A stretch of DNA of 64,000 bases from Vulcanimicrobiota bacterium (GCA_050250895.1 JBFWNU010000003.1:96001-160000); one strand, 5' to 3'; positions 1 through 9,930 are shown, counted from the first letter of the stretch. Notes: a model not told the origin generated them from the letters alone. Numbers and translations are program-made.

Positions 1-435
1 TCCAATCACGCCGGGCCAGCCAGCGGCTGCGCCCACCACGGAAGTGAGGGTTCCGCTCAGGGCTCCGATGGCGGCCCCACCGGGGACCATCAACATGGCC
101 AGCATGATGCCACCCTGCTCTTTGCCGGGGGTCAGTTCCCAGCCGGCGATGGCTCCGTGGCAGGCTCCGTAGGCTTGACCACCGGCTCCGCCCACCAGGG
201 CTCCGGCCAGGTCGCTGTGGGGGCCGTGGCCGAAACCGATGCTGCGTCCGGCGGCGCCGAGGGCGGCCGGAACGGCCATGAAGGCGGCGCACTTGAGGCC
301 GCGGCGCAGGGCGATCTTCCAGTTGCCCTTGGGCTGCGAGGGCTGAAATTCGTCTTTAGGTTGCTCGGGCGCGGGTTGGTCGGCGGCGCGAGGGGAGGGA
401 AGGGCTTTGGGCGTGGAAATGGCGGAAATTTTCAT
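1..435 (-). CDS. Gly-rich membrane protein with Pro/Ala-rich N-terminal leader (runs off the left edge)
   Basis: Translated by hand; not in the ORF track. ATG at 435 with AGGAG RBS. Reads MKISAISTPKALPPRAADQPAPEQPKDEFQPS, then glycine-zipper-like hydrophobic segments; open to position 1. Confidence 0.75.
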   Translation of the reverse strand, partial: MKISAISTPKALPSPRAADQPAPEQPKDEFQPSQPKGNWKIALRRGLKCAAFMAVPAALGAAGRSIGFGHGPHSDLAGALVGGAGGQAYGACHGAIAGWELTPGKEQGGIMLAMLMVPGGAAIGALSGTLTSVVGAAAGWPGVIG

Positions 436-511
436 GATTGTGCTCCTGCTTTGTATTTGTGTCAAACCAGGAGTATCACGGACTTTCCGCTGGACTATTT
501 CCGGTGTGTTA

Positions 512-1843
512 TCAGTCAGCGATCTCGACCGAGATGCCGCCGATGGTGAGGGCCTCGGGAGTGACCTCGAGTTCGAGCAGCGAGCGCGGCCGACCCGATA
601 GCGCCGCCAGAGCCGCCTCGAAGGCCTGCTGGGGAAGGCTGCCCACCACCCGTTCGAGCCGCATGCGGTAGGCGCACTCGCGCTCGGCTTCGGCCAGGTT
701 CTCGAGGCTGAGCTGGCCGCTCTGAAAGGCATCCTGCAGGCGTTTTTGATGCTGGTCGCGGCTGGCGAAGTCGCCGTGCAACCAGAGGTCGTCGGCCAAC
801 CGCTTGCCACAGTCTTCGAAACTCTCGTGAGCGCCCTTCTCGGCCAGGACCTGGTCGAGGAACTGGCGGTCGTGACGGGCCGGGCCGGGCTCGGCCAGCA
901 CATCGCCCACCACCCCCGGCAGGTCGGCTCCTTCGGGCAGCTGGGCTTGGAGTTGCGAGTAGTGGTCGACGGTCCAGTCAACGAAGCGGTTGACCTGATC
1001 GGGCTTGAGACCAAGCTCGCTCAGCCGGGTTTCAAGACCGGCGAACTGGTCCCAGAGGGGATCGAGCGTTCCGCCCAGGTTCTCGATGGCAGCCATCCGG
1101 CGTATTGCCTGGTCATAGTCAGGCGCCTGGGCTATGCGTTGCCAGACGCCGTTTTCGGCCCGGGCGGCCAGAGGAATCAGGTGAAAGAGTTCATTATTCT
1201 CGATGCCCGGACGCAGCGAAGCCAGCCGGCCGAGGGCGGCCTCGCGCTCTTCGGGCGAGGCTTCTTCTTCCAGGCGGTGGGTGCCCCAGGCGGCCAGGCT
1301 GGGCGAGCCGGTCAAGCCCAACAGAGTGCGAAAGGGGGTCGAATGGCCGTGGAAGTGGTTGACTTCGATCTTGAGCGCATTGCGGGCGTCGACCTGAGGA
1401 CCCCCGCCGGGACCACCGGCGCGACCGGTCACTACCAGCGCTTGCAGCTCGAGGAAGTCGCGATAGCCGCTAACAAGGTCGGGCGGAGTCTGGTTGGGCG
1501 TATAGTCGAGCGGGGCCGACAAGCCGTTGAGCGAAACGCTTTCGTTCGAGGGCGAGCAGCGATGGAGCACGCCATCTACCTCTTGCAGGCTGGCCCAGGC
1601 CATCTGATCGAGCAGCAGCGCATTGGGGCCGGGCGGGAAGGCATCGATGGCCAGCTGCAGCGCGGTGACTCTGGCCTGCCGGTCAAGTCCCGCCAGGGGT
1701 CCTGGACCTTGCTCGACCATGTTCGACAACAGCTCGAGCGAATCTTCGATCACGGGTTGCTCGTGCTGGCCGACCTGGTGGGCCAGCTTGACGAATCGCT
1801 GTCTTTCGACCGGGCTCAAGCCGGCAGTGGCGCGGACATTCAT
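512..1843 (-). CDS. Hypothetical protein with the shared C-terminal motif
   Basis: 443-aa ORF of mostly helical composition; ends LEVTPEALTIGGISVEIAD; promoter-like motif directly upstream. Confidence 0.8.
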   Translation of the reverse strand: MNVRATAGLSPVERQRFVKLAHQVGQHEQPVIEDSLELLSNMVEQGPGPLAGLDRQARVTALQLAIDAFPPGPNALLLDQMAWASLQEVDGVLHRCSPSNESVSLNGLSAPLDYTPNQTPPDLVSGYRDFLELQALVVTGRAGGPGGGPQVDARNALKIEVNHFHGHSTPFRTLLGLTGSPSLAAWGTHRLEEEASPEEREAALGRLASLRPGIENNELFHLIPLAARAENGVWQRIAQAPDYDQAIRRMAAIENLGGTLDPLWDQFAGLETRLSELGLKPDQVNRFVDWTVDHYSQLQAQLPEGADLPGVVGDVLAEPGPARHDRQFLDQVLAEKGAHESFEDCGKRLADDLWLHGDFASRDQHQKRLQDAFQSGQLSLENLAEAERECAYRMRLERVVGSLPQQAFEAALAALSGRPRSLLELEVTPEALTIGGISVEIAD

Positions 1844-1871
1844 GCTGCGATGCTAGGACAACGGGCTGAAA
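1844..1871 (-). promoter_or_regulatory. TTTCAG-N10-TAGCAT-N6-ATG element (putative leaderless promoter)
   Basis: Same sequence and spacing recur upstream of 9 genes in the window. Confidence 0.65.
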
Positions 1872-1910
1872 AAACAGTGATACTTCGGCCCCGCCGCGAA
1901 AGGCCCGGCC

Positions 1911-3176
1911 ATGAGAACTGTGTTGCTCGTTCTGCTGCTCTTTGCCCAGGCACTGGCCGACCCGGTGCTCGATCAGGTCGTGCCCGGCGCGCTCGAGCAT
2001 TATCGCTGGTTTCACGGCCATCCCGAACTCTCGAACCAGGAAGAGCATACGGCCGCTTACCTGGCCGCCGAGTTGCGCAAGCTGGGTCTCGAGGTCGAAA
2101 CGGGCATCGGCGGCCACGGCCTGGTGGGGGTTCTGCGCGGGCAGGGTCCCGGCCCGGTGGTGCTCTATCGAGCCGATATGGATGCCCTGCCGGTGACGGA
2201 GGCCACCGGCCTGGCCTACGCCAGTACGAACAACGGCGTCATGCACGCCTGTGGCCACGACCTGCATCTGGCCGTGGCCCTGGCCAGCCTGGCCGTGATG
2301 GCGCGCCAGCGGGATTGGCCAGGAACGATCCTGTTTGTCGGTCAACCCGCCGAAGAGGTGGGTAGGGGAGCCCGCGCGATGCTGGCCGACCCCCGCTTGA
2401 TCGAGCTCCTGGGGCGGGTGGGGCGACCGGGTGCCGCCCTGGCCTTGCACGATAGCGCTACCATGCCGGTGGGGCAGGTGGCCGTGACCGGCGGGTTCGT
2501 GAGCGCCAATGTCGACTCGGTCGACATCCTCATCCATGGCCTCGGAGGCCACGGCGCCCACCCCGAGACCACCGTCGACCCCATCGTCATCGGTGCAGAG
2601 ACGGTGCTGGCCTTGCAGACCATCGTCAGCCGCAAGTTGGCTCCCGGCACCCGAGCGGTGGTCACGGTGGGTCGCTTCTCGGCTGGTACCAAGCACAACA
2701 TCATTCCTTCCCAGACTTTGCTGCAGCTGACGGTGCGCTCTTACGAAGACGAGGTAAGAGCCAGGCTGCTCGAGGAGATCGAGGCCGTGGCTGTGGGAGT
2801 GGCTCGGACCCACGGGGCCCCCCGCGATCCCGAAGTGACCTCTTCTGAAGAGTACACCCGGGCCGGCTACAATGACCCCCAGTTAACCGAGCGTATCGCC
2901 CAGGTCTTCAAGCCGCTATTGGGCCCCGAGGGGCTGGCTCCGGACGGTGAACCCAGTATGGGCGGAGAGGATTTCTTCGAGTTTCCCCATCAATTGGGCT
3001 GCCCGGGAATGATGTTCAGTCTGGGGGCGGCTGCCCCGGAGAGCCTGGCCCAACCCAACCCTCCCGGGCTGCATTCCGATCGCTGGTCGCCCGCCGCCGA
3101 GCCGGCTCTGCGGCTGGGAACTCAGCTGATGGTAGCCGCCTTGCGCGAGGTGCTGGGTGCGCGAGCTACAGATTGA
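1911..3176 (+). CDS. M20D family amidohydrolase with signal peptide
   Basis: HPELS, RADMDALP, MHACGHD, QPAEE, GGHGAHP and MGGEDF motifs; Sec-type N-terminus. Confidence 0.93.
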   Translation: MRTVLLVLLLFAQALADPVLDQVVPGALEHYRWFHGHPELSNQEEHTAAYLAAELRKLGLEVETGIGGHGLVGVLRGQGPGPVVLYRADMDALPVTEATGLAYASTNNGVMHACGHDLHLAVALASLAVMARQRDWPGTILFVGQPAEEVGRGARAMLADPRLIELLGRVGRPGAALALHDSATMPVGQVAVTGGFVSANVDSVDILIHGLGGHGAHPETTVDPIVIGAETVLALQTIVSRKLAPGTRAVVTVGRFSAGTKHNIIPSQTLLQLTVRSYEDEVRARLLEEIEAVAVGVARTHGAPRDPEVTSSEEYTRAGYNDPQLTERIAQVFKPLLGPEGLAPDGEPSMGGEDFFEFPHQLGCPGMMFSLGAAAPESLAQPNPPGLHSDRWSPAAEPALRLGTQLMVAALREVLGARATD

Positions 3177-4572
3177 ACTCGCGGCGGGGGCGGAGCCTCT
3201 CTATCGCCGCCTGACCGCCAGCCTGCAGAGTTGCCTGGAAAGCGGCCAGCTGCAGGTGGGTGAGCTGTTGCCCTCGAGCCGCGCCCTGGCTCGCCAGCTC
3301 GGGGTTCACCGCCAGACGGTGTTGACGGCTCTCGACGAGCTGCAGGCCGAAGGTTGGCTGGCAGCCGAGCCCGGGCGTGGCTATCGGGTGGTGGCCCTTC
3401 CGGCCACGGCGCCGACCCGGGCCGGCCAGGCTCGCCCCCGGTTCGTCTGGCAGTTGCGTGCTCCCGACCCCGATCCGCCGCCGGCGCTGGGCTTTCCCAG
3501 TGGCCGGCCCGACCTTACGAAGTTCCCGGTCAAGGAATACTACGCCGCCATTCGCGAGGTGCTGCGTCGCCACGAGCCCACCCAGTTGCTGGGCTACAGC
3601 GATCCGCGCGGCAAGCCGGCCCTGCGCCGCGAGTTGACGCGTTATCTTCGGCGGGCCCGGGGGATCCGAGCCGAAGAGGATGAAGTGGTGATCACCCACG
3701 GCAGTCAAGAGGCCATCTTTCTGCTGGCTCAACTGTTGCTCGAGCCCGGCGACGAGGTGGCCGTCGAGACACCGGGCTACCCTCCCGCCTGGGCGGCCTT
3801 TCGCCAGTGTGGAGCGCGCCTGGTTGGGGTCGAGGTGGATACCGACGGATTACGGCCCGACCAGTTACACGGCCTGAGCTCGAAAGTCAAACTGCTCTAT
3901 CTGACTTCGATTCACCAGTACCCCACCACCGTGACCCTGGCGGGACCGCGCCGCCGGCGGGTCTATGAATGGGCCTGTGAACGCGGTGTGCCTATCCTCG
4001 AGGATGACTACGACAACGAATTTCACTATCGCGGTCCCGGCGACGCCACTCTCAAAGCGCGCGACCCGGCCGGTCTGGTGCTCTATTGCTCGACCTTTTC
4101 CAAGGTGCTCCATCCGTCGTCCCGGTTGGGCTTTGCGGTCGTCCCGTCCGAGGTGGCCGGGCCGCTGGCAGCACTAAAAGACGTGGTCAGTCGTCAGAAC
4201 GACGGGCTCACCCAGGAAGCCGTAGCCTGGTGGATGGAGCAGGGCGGGTTCGAGCGTCATCTGCGCCGCATGCGCCGGCTCTATGAGAAAAAGCGGGACC
4301 ATCTGGCCAGCCTCCTGGCCGAAACCGACTTCACCTTTCAACTGCCCGACGGAGGGATGTGCTTGTGGCTGGATGTGGGCGTCTGTAGCCAGCGAGTAGC
4401 GCACGAGGCGACTCGGCTGGGTCTGGGGCTGCGCCCCGGTAACAGCTATCTCCTCGACGGGGGCCAGAGCACCTGTCTGCGGCTCGGATTTTGTGCTCCG
4501 GCAATCGAGCAGTTGACCCGATCTACGGGCCTGCTCGTGCAGGCCGTCGCCCGCTCGAGGACGAACCTCTGA
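3157..4572 (+). CDS. MocR/GabR family transcriptional regulator (GntR HTH plus PLP aminotransferase domain)
   Basis: LPSSRALARQLGVHRQTV wHTH; HQYPT, ILEDDYD and TFSK motifs. Confidence 0.93.
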   Translation: MRELQIELAAGAEPLYRRLTASLQSCLESGQLQVGELLPSSRALARQLGVHRQTVLTALDELQAEGWLAAEPGRGYRVVALPATAPTRAGQARPRFVWQLRAPDPDPPPALGFPSGRPDLTKFPVKEYYAAIREVLRRHEPTQLLGYSDPRGKPALRRELTRYLRRARGIRAEEDEVVITHGSQEAIFLLAQLLLEPGDEVAVETPGYPPAWAAFRQCGARLVGVEVDTDGLRPDQLHGLSSKVKLLYLTSIHQYPTTVTLAGPRRRRVYEWACERGVPILEDDYDNEFHYRGPGDATLKARDPAGLVLYCSTFSKVLHPSSRLGFAVVPSEVAGPLAALKDVVSRQNDGLTQEAVAWWMEQGGFERHLRRMRRLYEKKRDHLASLLAETDFTFQLPDGGMCLWLDVGVCSQRVAHEATRLGLGLRPGNSYLLDGGQSTCLRLGFCAPAIEQLTRSTGLLVQAVARSRTNL

Positions 4573-4574
4573 GC

Positions 4575-5285
4575 GTGTTTGACAAGTTGCTTAGCAAGTT
4601 CAAAGCGGCTGTGGCGGGGGTGTCGATACCGGCCCAAGAGCGACGGGCCGTCATCCGCATCGGCGGTAAGGGTTTTACCGTCAATGGCCACGATGGTTCT
4701 AGCGCCTTTCAATGTGACCTGCTGGACGTGAGCGTGGCCGGGGCCCGCATTCGGGCCGAACACAGGCTCAAAGTTGGGGCCCGCGTGCGCCTGAGCAAAG
4801 ACACCCTGGGCGATAGCGTCAACGGGCGGGTCGTCTGGGCCGGCAGTCGGCTGGGCACGCTCAAGGGCCAGTATGGTGTGGTGTTCGAAGAGAGCAAAGA
4901 AGTCATGGCTCGCAGTTGGACGAAGCGCTGCTTGCAGCAGCTGGGTCTGGGCTCGAAGATCGGCATTCAAGAGCGGCGCCGAACGGTGCGCATGCCAACC
5001 AATTTCGCTGCCGCCATGGGCAACTTCCAGGGCGAGATCATGTGCGACGGCAAGCTGGTCCAGCTCTCGGCCGGAGGTTGCGTGTTGGCCATTCCCAGCC
5101 ACGTCGACGTGGGCACCCGCGTCTCTTTGATGGTGCCTGCCCTGGGCACGCTCGAGCCTTTGATCTGTCCGGGTACGGTCAAGCATATCCGCAAGGGCGG
5201 TCAGACGGTGCTGGCAGCTATCGAGTTTCACCAGCCCAAGGTGGACCTGGTGGTTCGCTACCTTAACCAGTTGGCCAATACGTGA
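4575..5285 (+). CDS. Tandem PilZ domain protein
   Basis: Two ERRxxxR motifs, each followed by DVSVAG or QLSAGG. Start moved to GTG 4575, just after the upstream stop. Confidence 0.8.
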   Translation: MFDKLLSKFKAAVAGVSIPAQERRAVIRIGGKGFTVNGHDGSSAFQCDLLDVSVAGARIRAEHRLKVGARVRLSKDTLGDSVNGRVVWAGSRLGTLKGQYGVVFEESKEVMARSWTKRCLQQLGLGSKIGIQERRRTVRMPTNFAAAMGNFQGEIMCDGKLVQLSAGGCVLAIPSHVDVGTRVSLMVPALGTLEPLICPGTVKHIRKGGQTVLAAIEFHQPKVDLVVRYLNQLANT

Positions 5286-7135
5286 CCACCCGCAGCGTCA
5301 GTCTAGCCCTGGCTCGGGCCAAGCTGCTCGAGACCCTCGACAAACACCAGATCGACGTAGTGGCCTCGCTTTGCGAGTTGCGCGAGTTCAGCGAGGGAGA
5401 GACCATCGTTCGCCAGGGCGAGCCCGGCATCGAGCTATTCATCATCCTCTCGGGCCAGGTCACGGTGCTGGTCGAAGACGCCGACCTGGGCTATGAGTAT
5501 CCCATTCTCGAGCTGGTCGAGGGCCAGACCTTCGGTGAACTCTCGCTGCTCACTCGCCATCCTCGGGCGGCCACGGTGCGGGCCGACGTCTCTACCCTGT
5601 GCGCTTGTCTCAACCAGCTTTCATTCGAGAAGCTGCTGGGCTCGCTGCCCCAGGTGGGAGTCACCATCTGTCGCTATCTGGCCGAACGCATCAATGCCCA
5701 GGGCGACCGCACCGGTCTGCGCTTCGTCAAGTTGACTCCGGCTCTCTTTGACCAGCGGCTCTATCGCCTCTTGCCCGAGCGGGTCTGGCAGCGCTTTCAG
5801 GCTGTTCCGCTGCGACTGAGCGGCAGCATCTTGACGGTGGCTGTGACCCGACCCGACGAGGTGGCCCAGATGGCCGCTCTCAAACAGCTGTTGCCGACCT
5901 TCGACGTGCGCTGGGTTGCCTGCGGTTTCGAAGACTACTCGGCCCTGCTCACCGAAACCATCCTGCCCGGCCTGGCTGCGATCGCAACCGACCTGCGTTC
6001 TCTGCCGGTCGAAGAGTTCTGTCTCTCGGGCAACCCCCAGGGGCCGGGCGCCAAGCTGTTGGCCAGTCTCTTCCTGCAGGCGCTCTTCACCGAAGCCGAC
6101 GAATTGCTGCTTGAACCCACCTCCGAAGGGGTGCGCCTGCGGGTGCGCCATCAGGGACGCCTCAAGACCCTGGTCGACCGCGACATGACCCGCGAAAGCT
6201 ATCCGGCCCTGGTAGAACTGCTGCGGGGCCTGACCGGCCTCGGCCCCGAGGATCACCATGGCAGCGGGACCTATGTCCTGCGCGCCAAGCTCCACGAATT
6301 CCAGGTCACTTTCCTGGCCACGCGCTGGGGACCCCGCACGGTGGTTCGCTTTTTCTCGTCGGGGCCCGGCCTGAGCCTGACCAGTCTCTTTCGTTCCAAG
6401 GCCATCAGCAGTCTGCTGGCCGAACAGCTTCAAGGCGGACGCCTGTTCCTACTCTCCGGAGGCCGCGGCTCGGGCAAGTCGAGCACCTTCTACCAGATTC
6501 TCGAAGAGTTCTGCGATCTCGAAGAGCAAAGTGTGATCACCGTCGAGCGCCGCCTGCTGCGAGGGCTTCAGGGGGTCAGTCAGTGCGTGGCCAGCTGGGA
6601 CTCGTCCCGCTCGATGGCTCGTCTAACCCGAGCCGCCCTGGCCCAGAACCCCGACGTGTTGGGCCTCGATGAGGTGACCGATCCCGAGACCGCTCAGCTG
6701 GCGGTGTCGGCCGCCCTCAACGGCGCCTGTGTGCTGGTGGTGATGCGGGAAGCCGATGTCCAGTCGGCCCGTCGACGCTTTCTCGAGCTGGCCGGCAACC
6801 CCGATCTCGAGGCCCAGGTGTTGCGCATGGTGGTGTGCCAGCGGTTGGTGCGCAAGTCTTGCTGCGACTGCCGCACAGAGATCCAGGATGACGACTCTTT
6901 ACGGTCCCATCTGCAACGTGCCGGGCTCTTGACCGACACCGACCTGTTTGACTTGCGCCATTCGCCTGGCTGCGACGCCTGCGCCGGCACCGGCGTGATC
7001 GGGCGAATGGCCGCTTTCGAGTTTTTGGCTTACGGCTCTAACGGCTACCAACACCGGGGGATCAAGGCTTTCGGGCGCGAGTTGCTGAGCGAAGGACTGG
7101 TGGCCCCCCTCGAGGCGCTGCGCGTCTTGAACTAG
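5282..7135 (+). CDS. cNMP-binding domain fused to a degenerate PilB/GspE-type ATPase
   Basis: IVRQGEPG...FGELSLL...PRAATVRA (cNMP domain); GspE N-domain-like segment; Walker A GGRGSGKS; QRLVRKSCCDC...GCDACAGTGVIGR tetracysteine. Confidence 0.85.
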   Translation: MTTRSVSLALARAKLLETLDKHQIDVVASLCELREFSEGETIVRQGEPGIELFIILSGQVTVLVEDADLGYEYPILELVEGQTFGELSLLTRHPRAATVRADVSTLCACLNQLSFEKLLGSLPQVGVTICRYLAERINAQGDRTGLRFVKLTPALFDQRLYRLLPERVWQRFQAVPLRLSGSILTVAVTRPDEVAQMAALKQLLPTFDVRWVACGFEDYSALLTETILPGLAAIATDLRSLPVEEFCLSGNPQGPGAKLLASLFLQALFTEADELLLEPTSEGVRLRVRHQGRLKTLVDRDMTRESYPALVELLRGLTGLGPEDHHGSGTYVLRAKLHEFQVTFLATRWGPRTVVRFFSSGPGLSLTSLFRSKAISSLLAEQLQGGRLFLLSGGRGSGKSSTFYQILEEFCDLEEQSVITVERRLLRGLQGVSQCVASWDSSRSMARLTRAALAQNPDVLGLDEVTDPETAQLAVSAALNGACVLVVMREADVQSARRRFLELAGNPDLEAQVLRMVVCQRLVRKSCCDCRTEIQDDDSLRSHLQRAGLLTDTDLFDLRHSPGCDACAGTGVIGRMAAFEFLAYGSNGYQHRGIKAFGRELLSEGLVAPLEALRVLN

Positions 7136-7145
7136 GAGGTTATGG

Positions 7146-8132
7146 TTGGAACTGGTTTTCTCCATCGATACCGGCGACATCGTCAGTTATCCCGCCGACG
7201 CGGTCCTGCTCAAGCACGCCGGAGGCTTTCACGGTGCCGACCTCGAGGTGTGCCGGGTGCTCTCGCGCGGAGGGGTTGACCCCGATTCGATCTCGCCTGG
7301 GCCCGATCAGCATGCCCTGGTGGATACGGCCGGCCAGCTGGCTGCTCCTTGGGCCATCTTCGTGGGCGCACCCACTCTGCGTAAGCTCGGCTACAGCCAG
7401 ATTCGCAAGTTCGTCAGAGCCGGTATGGCGGCGCTCGGGCAAGAACTCTCGGTTTGCCGCCACCTGGCCATGACCATCCACGGACCGGGCTTTGGATTAG
7501 ACGAGACCGAATCGATGTTCTCGAGCTTTCAGGCCTGTGTCGACGCCGTGCGCGAGGGCGCTTGCCCCAAGAATCTCGAGCGGATCACGATCGTCGAGCG
7601 AAGCCCCGGGCGGGTCGAACGCTTGCGGCAGGCCCTCGATGCCCACTTGAGAGCCGAATCATGGGCTCAGCGGCAGGGGCGCGATTTTCGATTGCTACTG
7701 GGTCCAGCCCACCAACCCCAGGTGCCGATTCAGGTGGCTGCCGTCACCAAGCCTCACATCTTCGTAGCCATGCCGTTCGCGGTCGAGATGGAGGATGTCT
7801 TCTACTATGGTATCCAACAACCGGTGCACCAGGCCGGCTACCTGTGCGAGCGCGTGGACAAGACGGTGTTTTCGGGCGACATCGTGGGCCGTATCCTCGA
7901 GCGGATCCAGACGGCCACGGCGGTGGTCGCCGACCTGACCGGTGCTAACGCCAACGTCTATCTCGAAGTGGGCTACGCCTGGGGTCTGGGCCGCCCCACC
8001 ATCTTGATTACCAAGAGCCTCAGCGAGCTGTGCTTTGACGTGCGCGGACACCGGTGTCTCGAGTATCGCTCGATCAAGCAGCTCGAGCAGGCGCTCGAGC
8101 GCGAACTGGCCTCGCTAACCTGCGGGCCTTAA
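7146..8132 (+). CDS. Macro-like domain fused to a nucleoside deoxyribosyltransferase/TIR-like domain
   Basis: N-terminal GDI...ADAVLL...HGPGFGL (macro-like); C-terminal FVAMPF...VADLTGANANVYLEVGYAWG...FDV. AGGAGG RBS before TTG. Confidence 0.75.
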   Translation: MELVFSIDTGDIVSYPADAVLLKHAGGFHGADLEVCRVLSRGGVDPDSISPGPDQHALVDTAGQLAAPWAIFVGAPTLRKLGYSQIRKFVRAGMAALGQELSVCRHLAMTIHGPGFGLDETESMFSSFQACVDAVREGACPKNLERITIVERSPGRVERLRQALDAHLRAESWAQRQGRDFRLLLGPAHQPQVPIQVAAVTKPHIFVAMPFAVEMEDVFYYGIQQPVHQAGYLCERVDKTVFSGDIVGRILERIQTATAVVADLTGANANVYLEVGYAWGLGRPTILITKSLSELCFDVRGHRCLEYRSIKQLEQALERELASLTCGP

Positions 8133-8136
8133 GGCC

Positions 8137-9081
8137 TTAAATCAGACCTGACCACGAGACGCGGTTGCGACCGCTGCGCTTGGCCTGATAGAGGGCCTCG
8201 TCGGCCCGGCCGATCAGCTCGGGCATCTGCTCGTTGGGGCCCAGGGTGGCGCCGCCGATACTCACCGTAATGGGAAGCTGGCCCCGCTGTAGCGGTACCG
8301 GCGTGGTTTCGACCATGATCCGGATGCGCTCGGCTGCCTCTCGGGGAGGGTCGTCCTCGGTGTGAACCAGCAACAGGGCAAATTCTTCACCGCCGTAGCG
8401 AGCCAGGACGTCAGCCTGGCGCTTGCCGGCCATCACGACCTTCACCAGGTGGCGCAGGGCGTCATCGCCGATCTGGTGACCATAGTTGTCGTTGATCTTC
8501 TTGAAGTGGTCGACATCGAGCATCAGCAGTGCGAACTGCAGGCGGTGGCGTTGAGCGCGGGCGATCTCTTCTTGCAAGCGCTCTTCGAAAAAGCGCCGGT
8601 TGTAGGCGCCGGTCAGGGCATCGCGCTGGCTCTGGGCTTTGAGCCGGTCGACCTCTTCGAGCATCTCCTGGCGCGACTCGTGGCGCCGCTCCAGGCGTTT
8701 GAGGGTCGCCTGCAGCTGGGCCACGCGAATGGGACGGGCCAACCAGTCGGTGGCCCCCACTTCGAAGGCCAGATCGCGCTCTTCTTCGGTGTCCACCAGC
8801 AACACCACCAGGGGCGCATTGGGTTGAACCGACAGCTCCTGGGCCAGACGTGCTCCTACGGGCAAGCGCGTAGTGCGCTTCCGGCTGGCGCGGGGCCCAC
8901 CCAAACGTCCCTCAGGCAGGCGGATGTCCACAAACAGGACATCGGGCACGCTTTCCTCGAGCGCCTCCTCTGCTTCGGCCAGCGAGGAAGCCTCTCCGAT
9001 TACCTCAAATCCCGTCTTGAGCAGCCGCCCCAGTCTGCTTCGAGCTGGTCCTTCGTCGTCGACCAGCAAGACCTTGATCAT
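8137..9081 (-). CDS. Response regulator diguanylate cyclase (REC-GGDEF)
   Basis: VLLVDDE and phospho-acceptor FVD; DALTG, DVDHFKKINDNYGH, RQAD I-site, RYGGEEF. Confidence 0.93.
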   Translation of the reverse strand: MIKVLLVDDEGPARSRLGRLLKTGFEVIGEASSLAEAEEALEESVPDVLFVDIRLPEGRLGGPRASRKRTTRLPVGARLAQELSVQPNAPLVVLLVDTEEERDLAFEVGATDWLARPIRVAQLQATLKRLERRHESRQEMLEEVDRLKAQSQRDALTGAYNRRFFEERLQEEIARAQRHRLQFALLMLDVDHFKKINDNYGHQIGDDALRHLVKVVMAGKRQADVLARYGGEEFALLLVHTEDDPPREAAERIRIMVETTPVPLQRGQLPITVSIGGATLGPNEQMPELIGRADEALYQAKRSGRNRVSWSGLI

Positions 9082-9453
9082 GCGGGGCCATTCGCGGCTA
9101 CTCCTCGGGAGCCTTCAGGATTTGGCACGAATCAGAGCCACTCACAGAGTAGAGGAATCTCCTCCTTCGATCGGGCGAGAAAGGGGAATGAAAGAGTGAT
9201 TTTCTCGATTTCGTCGAGTTCGTGAAGGCATTCCTCAACCACGACCTCGAGTAAGTTGATCAGTTCCATCTCCTCAGCTTAGTCCGGAATTAGCCTCTAA
9301 TTCTTTTGGAAATATCTTGGAATTGTGGCGGTTTGAGTTGTGACTTGTTAACAAGCTGGTTACTGTTTTGTCACATGCGCTCCTTTCCCGGTGACTCTGG
9401 TGATAATTGGGTCGGCATACACTCTGGGTAGATCAACGCAGGAGGTTCCCCCC

Positions 9454-9930
9454 ATGATTTCTCATCGCACTCAGCTCACCCAGCCTGGCAGTGCCCACTA
9501 TCAGATCGGTAACAAGAACGAGACGATGGTCTTCGACGGCAAGCTAGAAGACGCCGTCGTCTCGCATGTCTTCGAGCGCGATCAGCTGGTCAGCGACGTC
9601 AAAGATCTGGCCGTTCTCTTTACCGACCCCAAGGTGGCCGAGGCGGAGCAAAAGCTTAACTCCGGGGCCGAGCGAGTCGAGTTGACCCTGGGCGACAAAG
9701 GCAAGTTCGAAGCCATCAAGGCCGGCGAGGAGACCCGCTTTTATCCGGCCGATTCCTACCTTTCCGAGCACTCTCTGGCCAAGTCCGGCGACAAGGGCTT
9801 CATCCGGGTCGACACCGGTCTCTCCAGCGGCCAAGAGCGAGTGCAGCAGCAGGTGGTGGGCCAATTCAACCCCAGCAACGGCACCATCACGTGCGTCTTT
9901 GAAGAGGTGAATGTCAGTCCTTTCGCCTAG
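9454..9930 (+). CDS. Hypothetical protein
   Basis: AGGAGG RBS before ATG 9454; strong codon bias; hairpin terminator follows. Confidence 0.75.
   Translation: MISHRTQLTQPGSAHYQIGNKNETMVFDGKLEDAVVSHVFERDQLVSDVKDLAVLFTDPKVAEAEQKLNSGAERVELTLGDKGKFEAIKAGEETRFYPADSYLSEHSLAKSGDKGFIRVDTGLSSGQERVQQQVVGQFNPSNGTITCVFEEVNVSPFA

Noticed and set aside
746-2365. 539-aa plus-strand ORF and many similar long antisense ORFs (e.g. 15941..16921, 34289..35377, 60067..61251)
   Set aside because: High-GC shadow frames opposite genes with clear family motifs.
9331-9376. tgtgac/gttaac/gtcaca palindromic cluster as a shared operator (gttaac also at about 37869 and 50866)
   Set aside because: Short, variable spacing, and too few instances to distinguish from chance in AT-rich intergenic DNA.
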